From Eledone cirrhosa (Eukaryota), in NCBI GenBank assembly GCA_964016885.1, contig OZ024744.1, positions 90,334,001 to 90,398,000 of the forward strand: DNA of 64,000 nucleotides. Reading direction: 5' to 3'. The translations under genes and the position numbers were made by a program. The notes beneath the pieces are model-generated. The model was not told the origin of the DNA. It saw only the letters and a program-made list of their open reading frames with translations, and made no database searches. This document shows, one piece after another, positions 16,543 through 27,370 of the stretch; position 1 is the first letter of the stretch, and every line of letters starts with the position of its first letter.

Positions 16543-18475
16543 TATATATATATATATATGAAAGAGTCTTTCATATTACCACACTCTACTACCCCAAGTA
16601 TCTAGTACTTTGGTGAGTAATGGAGTAATGGTCTAACACGTTTTTACTGCATCTATTCTGATTAATATATATATATATATATATAAAAACACACGTCAGC
16701 GTCCCACTATATTTATTGCATTAATACTGTCACCAACATTTTGGATACTTGATTAGCTTATAGAGAAAATCTACATCAAGTATAATCTTCCATACAAAAA
16801 ATTAGCCTCTGTTTCTGTCTGGTCGTCTGTTGCTCTCCCTCTCTCAGAAGAAGAAATGATATGGAAAGAGGGTTAACTACATTTCAAATGAAATACATTG
16901 TATTTCAATTATTTAATGAAGAATTTGTTAGGATTTATTCAAATTATTTCAGTATTAAAATGGTATTTATAATAGATCTAAACAAATGGTTCTTATATAA
17001 AAATTATGCTGTAAAGGTTTAATTTAAATAGGACTCCTTTAAAATAGGTAGTTTTTATTTCATAGAACCAGTGGCGATTTTAGTTGGTAATCAAAAGGGT
17101 TAAGATTTGCAGAGACAGCATTTGAGAGTTGTATGATATCACTCAGACTATCTGCTAAATGATGGCAGCAAAGACAACTCAACTAATTGCAATAAGTGAA
17201 GAAAATAGCATCTTATGGGATCAGTAGGGAATTCCTCAGGAAGTATCCAGTTCCCATTGACATTCCAACCCTTACTAGCAGGGAAAGTGGATGTTAAATG
17301 ATAATGATGATGATTCCATGTTACCCCAGAACTGCTGGTTATGCACAGGCATGCTTCTTGGTAATATTGACAGGAAATGTAGCCACATGTCTAACCTTTA
17401 TATCATGTAATTTTGAAAGTTGTGCTTTTAAATTTCAAGACAAGATATAGCTACTAGATACTTGTCCAAAAAGAGACAGGAAAATGATATGTCCAGAAAT
17501 GTTAAGTCAATTCTCTGTGGAAAATATTACATATGCAATCAACAATGGCTGATAAAAAAAAACTCAAACCCTCAATGTATCATGATGTTTCTAAAACAAT
17601 ATACAATGCCATCCGTGTTGAGGGAACATTACCAAATGCAAACATAATGGGCCGAGTGTAGTTGTTTGGAACATCATCATCATTATTACTGTTTAATGTC
17701 TATTTTTCATGCTTGCATAGATTAGCCAACTTGTCACATGCTGAGGCCAGACCGGTCCTGCTCATATGCAATGTTTTGGCTTTGTTTAAGGAAGATCATC
17801 ATCTGTTTATAGAGGTGAGCTGCCCATTAGGTGTGAACAATTTTGTAAAAATCATTGAGAAATTGTAATTGTTTTTACACATCTATTTTACATTTTCCCA
17901 TATTTACATAAGTTAGACAAGCCCTTTCCAGTACACCATCACCCTGCTTGTTTTTTTGTCATCTCCTTTGTGAGCTTCAGTTTCTTGAAATCAGCTTTCT
18001 GCTCATGTCTTTCTTGGCTTTCTTCCATTTGGAATTCCTAGCATTCTTCACCCAATGATCATCATCCATACACATAACATGACTATACCAACACAACCTT
18101 CCCTATCCTACATGCTATATCTGATTCTTTTTATGTCTTTTTTTTTTTTTCTCAGTTCATCTGTGCTTCATCATTTATGCATATTTAACATTGCACATCA
18201 AATATTTAGTGACTATTTAATGGGGAACACCTTTATAACTTACAGCCTCACTTCCCAAATTATTATTTTATTTACATTTATACCTACAATCGCTGGAGCA
18301 CTAAGTATTATTACTAAATGTCCAAGAAGTATTTTGAAAAGCTGTGGTTTTCATGCAAAGAAAATGATCACCTGCAAATACCTGTACTTTGCAAATACAG
18401 CCTGTAAATGGAATAGTAAAATATGTAGCACTTTTCTTTTTAAATTCATCATGCTGTTTTTATAAATGTTCTTAT

Positions 18476-18691
18476 TTAACCATTTACCATTTACATTACT
18501 CAATATATACTACCGTATTTTCGTGGTAAATGTTTTTCCTTACATAATATCAAATCTATGAGATTTTTATATTATTTATTTTGAGAACAATACCCCAACA
18601 TAAGTATGAGCAGCTGGTTACGGCCAGTTTGAACAGAGAGAGGTGAGAGAATTCTGGCTGGATACAGCTGGTATAAGTGCTAAAGGGTTAA
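18476..18691. mobile_element. TTAA-flanked MITE (piggyBac-like ends); copies at ~19200-19412, ~20852-21056, ~60665-60860
   Basis: Ends TTAACCCTTTAGCA...TGCTAAAGGGTTAA and shared internal GGTATTGTTCTCAAAATAAATAATATCAAAATCTCATAGATTCGATATTATG. Confidence 0.75.
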
Positions 18692-19934
18692 ATTCAAGAG
18701 ATTGTGTTTGATTTCTTTGTTAGCCCTTTTCTTGTACCAAACTACCAGAAACCACCCTGGTACTATAGTATGCAAAACTGTTTATCTAAAAATCTTCCAT
18801 CATAAATCTGTGGAAGGACCTTTATGTTCCAAACATCAGCTTAATAATGAGAAATTTAGTTATATTACTAAATTCCCCCCTCCTCACCAAATTCTTGAAT
18901 ATTTTCAAAACCATAAGCAGTATATTTCATTAGAAATATAGAAATGAAAGGGTTAAAAATCAAGTTCTTTATAGGATGAATTAAAAAATTAAAGAAAATG
19001 CACATATACAGGAATACTACTGCATGTTCAAATATTGGGGTTTGTAATAGGAATAAAAAAAAAACTCACAAAAAACCCTGACCAATTAGGTGAACATATA
19101 TACCAGATAGACTTTATTCCCACCAGGAAACAGAATAAGCAGATGATTGTAAATGTTTTTGTTTTTTCTGCTGGTGAAGAATGTACCACACAACATAGAT
19201 TAATCCTTTAGCATTTAAACCAGCCATATCCAACCAGAACTCTCACCTCTTTCTGTTCTAACCAGCTGTAACCAGCCGCTCATACCTACATTAAGGTATT
19301 GTTCTCAAAATCAATAACATAAAAATCTCATAGATTCGATATTATGTAAGATAAAGCCTTTACTGTGAAAATACAATAGTAAATATAGAGTAATGTAAAT
19401 ACTAAAGGGTTAATGATTGACTTTGGTGTAAGAGCTAGGACACAAAGACAAAAGACCTTTAAGAGAAACTGAAAATTTCTTGTGTAGTTTAAGTAGGGGC
19501 CTACTTTCCTATTATGAAAAACAATGTGAAATGAAGTGTTTTGCTTGGTCCAGGGATTGAACCCATGATTTTATCATTGTCAGTCCAACACCCTAACCAC
19601 CTGGCTATATTTTAATATATTTCTAATGAAATATATTATTTCTATGATATTCAAATAATTTTGAAAATCAAGAATTTGCGGGATTTAGTAATATAAGTAA
19701 CTTTCTCATTATTAAGTTGGTGTTTTGAACATAACAAAGATTCTTACATAAAACTATGATGGAAGGTTTTTTTTTTAGATAAATATAAGCATTTTAAAGC
19801 AAGGAGTTCTGCATCACATAATTTTGGGTGATTTCAGGTGGCTTCGTATGAAGTGTTAAGTACGGAATACATACCACACCCCACTCTTCCATACATCACC
19901 CTTGAGGACAGGCTGAAGCATACATCTAGTGAAG

Positions 19935-20310
19935 CCTCCAGTCCACACTGTAAAGTGGTTGTGATGGTGACACAACAAAAAGCAGCCAGTCCACACTGTA
20001 ATGTGGTTGTGATGGTGACACAACAAAAAGCGCCCAGCCCACACTGTAAAGTGGTCGTGTAGGTGTCACAACAAAAAGCACCCAGCCCACACTGTAAAGT
20101 GGTCGTGTAGGTGCCATGACAAAAAGCACCCGGTACTCACTGTAATCATGGTTGGCGTTAGGAAGGGCATCCATCTGTAGAAACCAAGCCAAAATCAGTT
20201 CTGTATGAGCAAGACATGGTCACATGGCCTGGCATTTCTCACAACAGGACAGCTCATGTAACTCGGGCTAGCATCGAAAAATGGACATTAAACAGTGATG
20301 ATGGTGATGA
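19935..20310 (+). mobile_element. Composite SINE-like repeat with internal ~55-bp tandem modules
   Basis: CAG(T/C)CCACACTGTAAAGTGG...ACAACAAAAAGC repeated 3-4 times, then GGTTGGCGTTAGGAAGGGCATCCA and RTE-like tail GGACATTAAAC..(TGA)n. Many relatives in the window. Confidence 0.7.
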
Positions 20311-20490
20311 CACATAAAAATAACTGTTGTAAATGTAGTTGGCATAAAGAAGGACATCTAGCCGTAGAAACCAAGCCAGAAATAGTTCTATTTGAGCAAG
20401 ACACGATCATCTGATTTGACTTGTCTCACAACAGGACAACTAGTCTAACCTATGCTAACGTGGAAATATGAACATTAAACGGTGATGATA

Positions 20491-20522
<32 letters not shown>

Positions 20523-21628
20523 TATGATTAAAAAAATTCTTTCAGAAATGGTACCATGATATAGCTTTGACAAACAATACAAATTGCATCAGGTTACTGG
20601 TAACTGGGCCATTTTGATTTGCTTATTCATTTCCAGAGTATTTAATCCCGAAGAGCCCAATGAGGTAGAATGGTTGAAAAGAGTGTGTCGCTGACTGTAT
20701 TCTGCTGTAATGCCTTCATCATTTTGTCTGTCTGTGGGTTGCAGCTGAGATATAATGCCTTGATTTCACTGAAAAGTCTGTCAATCCCTGCCCCCCTTCC
20801 ACTTTCGTTATATAATTTTTTGGTTTTCACTTTCTAGTGTATTACCTACCTTTAACCCTTTAGCATTTAAAGTGACCATATCCGACCAGAATTCTCCCAC
20901 CTCTTTCTGATCGTACTGGTTGTAACTGGCCGCTCATACTGATGTTAAGGTATTGTTCTCAAAATAAATAGTATCAAAATCTCGTAGATTCGATATTATG
21001 TGAGGTAAAGCCTTTACAATAGTAAATATAGAGTAATGTAAATGCTAAAGGATTAAAGACATTTCTTTAATTTGCCATGTGGTGTAAATTTATTATTATT
21101 AAAGTGCTATGATGGTGGTATTCTGTAGAGCGCTTGAGTATTTTGTATGTCCTTGTTCATTCTGAATTAAAATCTAGCTCTCATCTCCCAGGGAACAATA
21201 CCAACTAAGTTCTTCCTTCATTTACTCTTTTTCTTTTATTTTTTTTATTTTTCTTCAAATTGATGACCTTGTCCCAGAATTAGAAGACTTTATTATTACT
21301 AGAATTTTTAAAAATATAAATGCGCAAACACACACACTTGCAAAAATACACACTCACACAAACACACACATACATTCACACAAACACACACATATATTCA
21401 TACACATAGTCACATACAGTGTAGGTTTTCACTATCCCCTTCCTTCCTTTTACAAACATACATTCATGTAGGCAGTAGATGTAAAGTGAGAGGAGTAGTA
21501 TGAGGTAGTCAAACTACTCCTCTCTCTTTACTTGTGAACAATTGTAGAAATTTATATATAGTTCCCGTCCCACACTTGCAAGCAGGGAAAAGCGGACGTA
21601 AAATGATGATGATGATGATGATATCTTT

Positions 21629-21850
21629 AGCGGTGAATTGGCAGTATCGGTAAAGCTCCTGACACCCTGCTTTGCAGCATAAAGTTATGGTCCTTTACGT
21701 TCTGAGTTCAAATCCTGCCGAGGTTAGCTTTGCCTTTCAACCTTACGGGGGTCAATAAAATTAAATACCAGTAATGCACTGGTGTTGATTTAATCCACTT
21801 TCCCTTCCCATTCAAATTGCTGGCCTTGACCCTAAAGTAGAAACAATTAT
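21629..21850 (+). mobile_element. tRNA-derived SINE family A (also ~25527-25745 +, 33345-33535 -, 49442-49635 -, 58105-58310 +, 60985-61150 -, 61815-62165 - twice)
   Basis: A-box-like TGGCAGTATCGGTA, B-box GAGTTCAAATCC, conserved core TTTGCCTTTCATCCTTACGGGGTCGATAAAAT..AGTACCAGT and (ATT)n tail. Confidence 0.85.
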
Positions 21851-21904
21851 TATTTCTTCAACAATTTCATGTGAATTTTTACTGCATCACCAGGTTCACC
21901 TCTG

Positions 21905-24900
21905 CATAATGCTCCCAGAGTGGGAATATATTATTTTTTAAAGTTTTTCCTATCATTGTTTATTGCAAATTTTCTGTTGAATAAGTCCTTTAGGGAGATA
22001 AAGCAAAAAAAAAAAAAAAACAGGGCTAAAAAGATTGTGTATAGAATTTTATGATAAAATTTAAAGTTAGTAATTTTGAAGTTCTTTTGCACAAAAAATT
22101 AGTTAACAAAAATCCTCAAAATATCTTGAAAAATCATCCAAAGTAAATAGGCCCTAAAATATCAAAGCCAGTAAACCAGAGATTAAACTGGCACTTTTAT
22201 GAAAGATAATTTATTGAATTTTACCCTACTAAGTGAAGTTTTTTAAACAAGTCTAACAAAAATCAGGCAGATTTTAGAAATGTAATAGTTTGTTGTAATG
22301 AAATTATTCCATTTTTGCTCTAAGAAAGTCTTCAGCAAACCAAAATGTTTAAAATTCCACGTCATTTTACACTATAGAGTTAGTACTTTCTGGAATCATC
22401 TGGCTATAGTAAACTTTTGAGCAAAAATTCAATGGATTGAAATGTTTAATATAGATATTTAGTGACATTTCATTATCCCAGTGTCCAATCCAGGGTAGTC
22501 AGGAGCTTTTGACACTGTTGACAAGAAAACTTTGTGCTGGCTGAAAAAGAACAGTACATGTACAAAATGTCTAAAACCCTGAAATTAGAGGGGCAACTCT
22601 ATCTAAAATAGTCACCATGTGATAGGGACTTGGTGTTGAGCAATAATTGATATTTAGAAAGAGGTAAGATAACCTCAGGAGAGCTACACTGCAGAAGGTC
22701 TTCATAGAAGAAACTCCGCTCAAACGAATGTTTTGGTCCTTGCAGTAACCAATACATATATAAAACTTAGAAAAGATTATACATTTTGAAACTGAATACA
22801 TGTATTAGTACAGACTTTTAAACTAATACAAAGATAATATTTTCTAGTGCTCCACAAATTCAATACTCAATATAGTTATACTCAATGTCTATGTAAAATA
22901 CATGGAGGTAATTTTGCTTTTCTCGTGCATTGAAACTGAAACATTCTTATGTTTGAGTAATTGAGCTGTATGTCTATTTCTCTACAAATGGAACAGCTAG
23001 GGTGAGGTCTTTTTGATGAAATGTCTGGATGAGACATTATAAGCATCCTTTGGAAGATGTCATGAATATTCTCTTTTACTGAAAACTGGCAAGATCTTGC
23101 AGCTGCCCCACTCAGGAATGACCTAACATGTTTGTTCCCCCTTTCAAGTAGCTTTTCACTTTATTTCGCAATTGACTGTCTACCATTCCATTCAAAGAGT
23201 TCCTAGCTGTAAGCACACATTTGATGAAATTATAGCACTCCATGAGAAACCTCTCTCACCAATAAATTAGTTTTTTTAGGTGTAACATTAAATATATCCC
23301 AAGAGCCTTAAGTCTGTCAGACCTTACTTTCTTCTGCACTGATTGTGTAACATGGAGTATACCGTTGGTCAGAGACAAGAATATTTCATAATTGCCCTTG
23401 TCTTCCTGGTTCAAAATGAGAGAACATATTTTGGTAGTTTTTCAGCCTGAAAAATCAGTCAGCCAATGGTCCCATATTGGTGTTGCCACCTATTCCATTG
23501 GGTGAATACATTACCATTCTAGTGATTCACCTGATATGGTCAATGCACTGTTGCTTGGAATGCTGAATAGACCAGCAACCAAGTGATACAAAATCTTTTG
23601 AGCAAAATCTAATGATCTCAGTTTGAAGTGAAGAACTGAGAAACAATGCAAATCTACTTTTATAATGTTTTCATGGCACTGAGCCTGTCTTTCACTGCTA
23701 GGATATGGTATCTCACCAGCAACCAATGTTTCCCATGCTTCCTTGAAGGAATTATAATCCTTTGGTATCTGGAATACATTAGATATTCATGAAGAATCAT
23801 TTGCATTAGCTCACGTGGCATGGCATAAATGACAGAAACAGAATGCACCACTGTCACCTTGAAGAAGAGATACCACCTTGCCATCAATCACTGAACACTT
23901 TTTTTCATATGACATTCACATTTATGTCATTCACTGTGACACATGAACCAAACCTTTCCTTGATAGTATCCAAAGAAGGCTCGAGTTCTACAGTCAACAC
24001 ATCTCGATTCTCTCAACGAAACTGGACAAGTAAACACAGTGCTGTTTGGATTAGGGTTTGTTCAAATGTTGTTAGCAAGCCTTAATTCTAATGGTTTATA
24101 ACATGATAATATAAATGTCTTTTTTGCTGGGTCCAGATGTGCAGTTTCAATAGCAACAACAGATGTTAACCAATTGTCAGATTTTGAGGGACCCTGGACC
24201 ATCAACACCAATTTTACTCTAGACTTCATATTGTGCTTCTTTTCTGATTTCACAGCTTGATATTCTAATCAATGCACTGGCTGTTTTTGCAAGTAAAGCT
24301 GTAATATCCACCAAAGATTTCAATTGAGAACTTTGAATCGGTGGATAGTAAGACTTCATTATCATTTTACGTCAGCTTTTCCTTGCTTGCAATTTTGTTT
24401 CTGGTTGGAAAAACAATATTATGAGGCAAACTCAATTTTTTAATCTTCTGATATTGGTGTGTGGACAAATTAACATGGAAAATGAGTGCGGTTGCATCAA
24501 TCTTGGGTAAGATTGCTTTCACAGTTGTTCCTGTGGATGAGCCTTTTCCTTCAGTATATTTTGCTCAGAAGCAAACTGCTCCATGCACAAAATGGCTTCC
24601 TTCAAAATCAATTGTGCCTTTTTTTTAAGGCAAAGTCAGTCACTTAACAGGACACTTGATGTGCCCTTCCTCTTCTCTTGTTCACAAATTTCAAATTCAA
24701 AGAAAGTCTTTTTTTTGCTATGTTTCAAGATCAGATGGTCAAGATTGGTCAAGACTGCTTCTCTAAGTATGCCAAATCCACCCCTATGAAGTAATTGATC
24801 AAATTTACAAATCTAACACATTTATTTTTCCACCAACCACAAATCATAGCAAGTAAACAATTTTTGTAGCAAATACCAGAAAAAGAAATCAAGTTATGTC

Positions 24901-25052
24901 TTCAAAATAAGATGCATTCTTTGAATAGTTTTAACTCCATCAGTTGCTGCTTGCCAAAAATGCTTCGAATGAGCTATAAATGATTTCTCTGCGTCAATTT
25001 TTTTGTGAAGATATGAATTTATTCCCATATTTGTCATTCTGGGTACACTGTG
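21905..25052 (-). mobile_element. Full-length decayed Transib/RAG1-like DNA transposon
   Basis: 5-bp TSD CTCTG at 21900-21904 and 25053-25057. Ends read CACAGTGTACCCAGA (from 25052, -) and CATAATGCTCCCAGA (from 21905, +). Encloses a RAG1/Transib transposase pseudogene. Confidence 0.88.
22950..24800 (-). pseudogene. Transib/RAG1-core-like DDE transposase pseudogene
   Basis: Hand translation across stops and frameshifts: ALIFHVNLSTHQYQKIK..VFP; KIGVDG (D at 24201-24203); TNPNPNSTVFTCPV; SVIDGK (D at 23883-23885); CHLC; VLHFKLR; GGNTNMG..D*FF; FHQMCA; SEKLLERGNK (E at 23143-23145); NIHDIF..ML..SHPDIS; CSIC. Order and content match known RAG1/Transib core motifs. Confidence 0.88.
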
Positions 25053-25860
25053 CTCTGTGCTCCAGAGATGTGTGTGTCAGTGTGGCTACATAAATTTTGT
25101 TTGCTGTTTCCAGTGTTTGTTCTGTTATGTAGTGTGAGTTGTGTTATTTTGTTTGGTGATAAATATGATTTGTCCGATGCTAACATGGAAAATGGACATT
25201 AAATGGTAATAATAATAATGATGATATGTTGTGTAATTAATAATGGGACGTGTAGCATTAATATGAAGTAAGTTTGTCTAGCATGTTGCTTGAATGATTT
25301 ATTGGTGTTGCAGTATCAATTATGTGTGTATGTTGTGTTATTTTAGTGGTTGTTAAGCCTGTAGAGTATTTGGTGTGTGGAAATTGTACTGTTTCAGTCG
25401 TGCTATTGAATCAATAGCGTTTTGCATAGAACGTTGGCTGTTCCTGACAGAGCTATTTTTTGTACACTATGTTGCATTGTGAGTTCTGGTTTGACTTCTA
25501 AGTTTTTGTTTATATTATTTTTATAAGGGTGGTGGATTGGCAGTATCGGTAGAGCATCAGACACCATGTTTTTCAGCATAGAGTTACGGTCCTTTATGGT
25601 CTGAGTTCAAATCTTGCTGAGGTTAGCTTTGCCTTTCATCCTTAGGCGGTCTTTAAAATAAAGCACCAGTCATGCATTGGGGTCAATTTCATCGACTTTT
25701 TCCTATCCCTTCAAGTTGCTGTCCTTGTGCCTATAATAGGAATGATTATTATTATTGTTGTTGTTACTATTATTATTGTTGTTGTTACTATTATTATTGT
25801 TTTTGTGTTTATTTTTATTATAATTATTATCATCTAGGTAGTTTTATTTGTGTTTTTCAG

Positions 25861-26120
25861 ATTTCAAGAAAATTCGGTGACACCTAGTTGACAAGGAAAT
25901 ATTTATATATATATTCACTCTCTTTCTTTCTCTCACACAAACACATACACACACACACACATATATATATACCTACATATCTACACAAACATACACACCT
26001 ATAAACATATATATTCGAACTGAAATAGATTTACTTACACAACACAACGTGCACATACACAAACACACATACAACTAATTTCGCACATCCACTTTTCGTC
26101 ACTACAGCAGAAAAGAAACA
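25861..26120 (+). other. ACBD3: 5'UTR portion of first coding exon of ACBD3
   Basis: Polypyrimidine acceptor GTTTTATTTGTGTTTTTCAG ending at 25860 upstream of ATG 26121. Confidence 0.5.
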
Positions 26121-26277
26121 ATGACAGATATTGCCGGGGTCTCAGAGACCATGGCAACAACACGGTTGAATGAAGAGGAACCCGAGATTACAGATGCATC
26201 TCTTGATGAGGACTGTGTCATCAGGTGGGGTTTCAGGCTCGCTGAGTTGTATCGGCTTGCCCTGTTGTTTTTTAAAG
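26121..26277 (+). CDS. ACBD3: ACBD3/GCP60 coding exon 1
   Basis: MTDIAG...RWGFRLAELYRLALLFFK resembles ACBD3 RWGFGLEELYGLALRFFK; donor AAG|GTATGT, phase 1. Confidence 0.9.
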
Positions 26278-26425
26278 GTATGTTAGTGTCTATTCTCTAT
26301 TTATATGGCTATTTCTTTATATGTTTGTATGTATATATATATATATAATCAAGATGGATTCATTTAGAAACATGTTAGACCATTATTCACCAGAGTACTC
26401 GATACTTATTGTAGTAGAGTATGGT

Positions 26426-26515
26426 TATATTATAAAGAACTGGGACCCCGGCAGCTGAGCTCTTGCCTGAAATGGCAAGAGCTCAGCTGTTGGGGTCCTG
26501 ACTCTTTATAATATA
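26426..26515. repeat. ~90-bp palindrome
   Basis: TATATTATAAAGA..GGACCCCGGCAGCTGAGCTCTTGCC-TGAAAT-GGCAAGAGCTCAGCTGTTGGGGTCC..TCTTTATAATATA. Confidence 0.9.
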
Positions 26516-26645
26516 TATCCAGGGAGTCTAACGCGAAGTTACTGTAGGTTCACCCAGGTGAACACTCGATGTTTAGGTTCACGTCAGTAGCGAGGTGTAG
26601 AGCTAGGCAGAGTGTAATATAATAATAATAATAATAATAATAATA

Positions 26646-27370
26646 CAAGGATGATTTGTTAAGCCTTCATTACGTTTATTAATTGGTGACGCGCGTTTCG
26701 CTATTGATCAGCTCAAGGTTTGATCTGTATCGATCTGGCCCGACTCTGGAATCAAAAGCTCGTTGGACTTCTGTTGTAGTAGTGACAGAGGTCCGAAGAG
26801 CTTTTGATTCCAGAGTTGGGCCAGATCGATATAGATTAAACATTGAGCTGATCAATAGCGAAACGCGCATCACCAATCAATCTGAACTATAATAAAGAAA
26901 GGAGTGCGGGACTGCATCCAGAATCTAATTTTTTTATCCTGTTTGTAAAACAAGTTGGATTACTTTGAATAAATAATGAATGAATATTACATAATTTATC
27001 TGCTAAATTTCGTAGCTTTTGATTAAATATATTTTATAGCTTATTTAAAGATTCACTTCTTTAAAATTTTCAAATGTCAACACTTCCGGTTAGCGATCGC
27101 TTAAATAAGCATTCATATATTTCTGTCACTAATTTTCTCCTAATGCAGTTTATATATATCGTCTTTTTTAATGTATCATGGATTACGTTACTGATTACAT
27201 AAGACAGTGTAACGCAGTCTTCGTTCAATTTCTGTGTATATTGTCAATTACGATTTTATTTGATGTATCATATCTACATGTATATATACTTGCGTATAAT
27301 ATCAATATACACACTACACATGCTAACAGAAAACCACCAAACGTAATGAAGGCTTAACCAATCGTCCTTG
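26646..27370. mobile_element. Tc1/mariner-type MITE, ~32-bp TIRs
   Basis: CAAGGATGATTTGTTAAGCCTTCATTACGTTT (26646-26677) is inverted at 27339-27370 with 2 mismatches; TA flanks. Confidence 0.8.
26682..26877. repeat. ~196-bp palindrome with hammerhead-like remnant
   Basis: Arms ~95 bp, loop TAGTAG; left arm reads TGA-GCTGATCAATAGC-GAAA-CGCGCG-TC-ACCAATTAATAAA on the - strand. Confidence 0.9.

Noticed and set aside
19935-20150. Regularly spaced repeats resembling a CRISPR array
   Set aside because: No unique spacers, eukaryotic context and no cas genes; these are tandem modules of a SINE-like repeat.
21629-21725. tRNA-like A and B boxes here and at other SINE heads
   Set aside because: No complete cloverleaf; each continues into a SINE body.
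22950-24800. Functional or domesticated RAG1 gene implying V(D)J-like recombination
   Set aside because: Multiple stops, frameshifts and a retroposon insertion; TIRs and TSD retained; no RAG2 seen. This copy is a dead transposon.
24998-25006. ACAAAAAAA on the - strand as an RSS nonamer
   Set aside because: It lies 39 bp from the heptamer, has no counterpart at the other end, and A-runs are common here.
26679-26892. Mirror-image ORF pairs on both strands (also 32668-32904)
   Set aside because: A trivial result of DNA palindromes; no coding signal.
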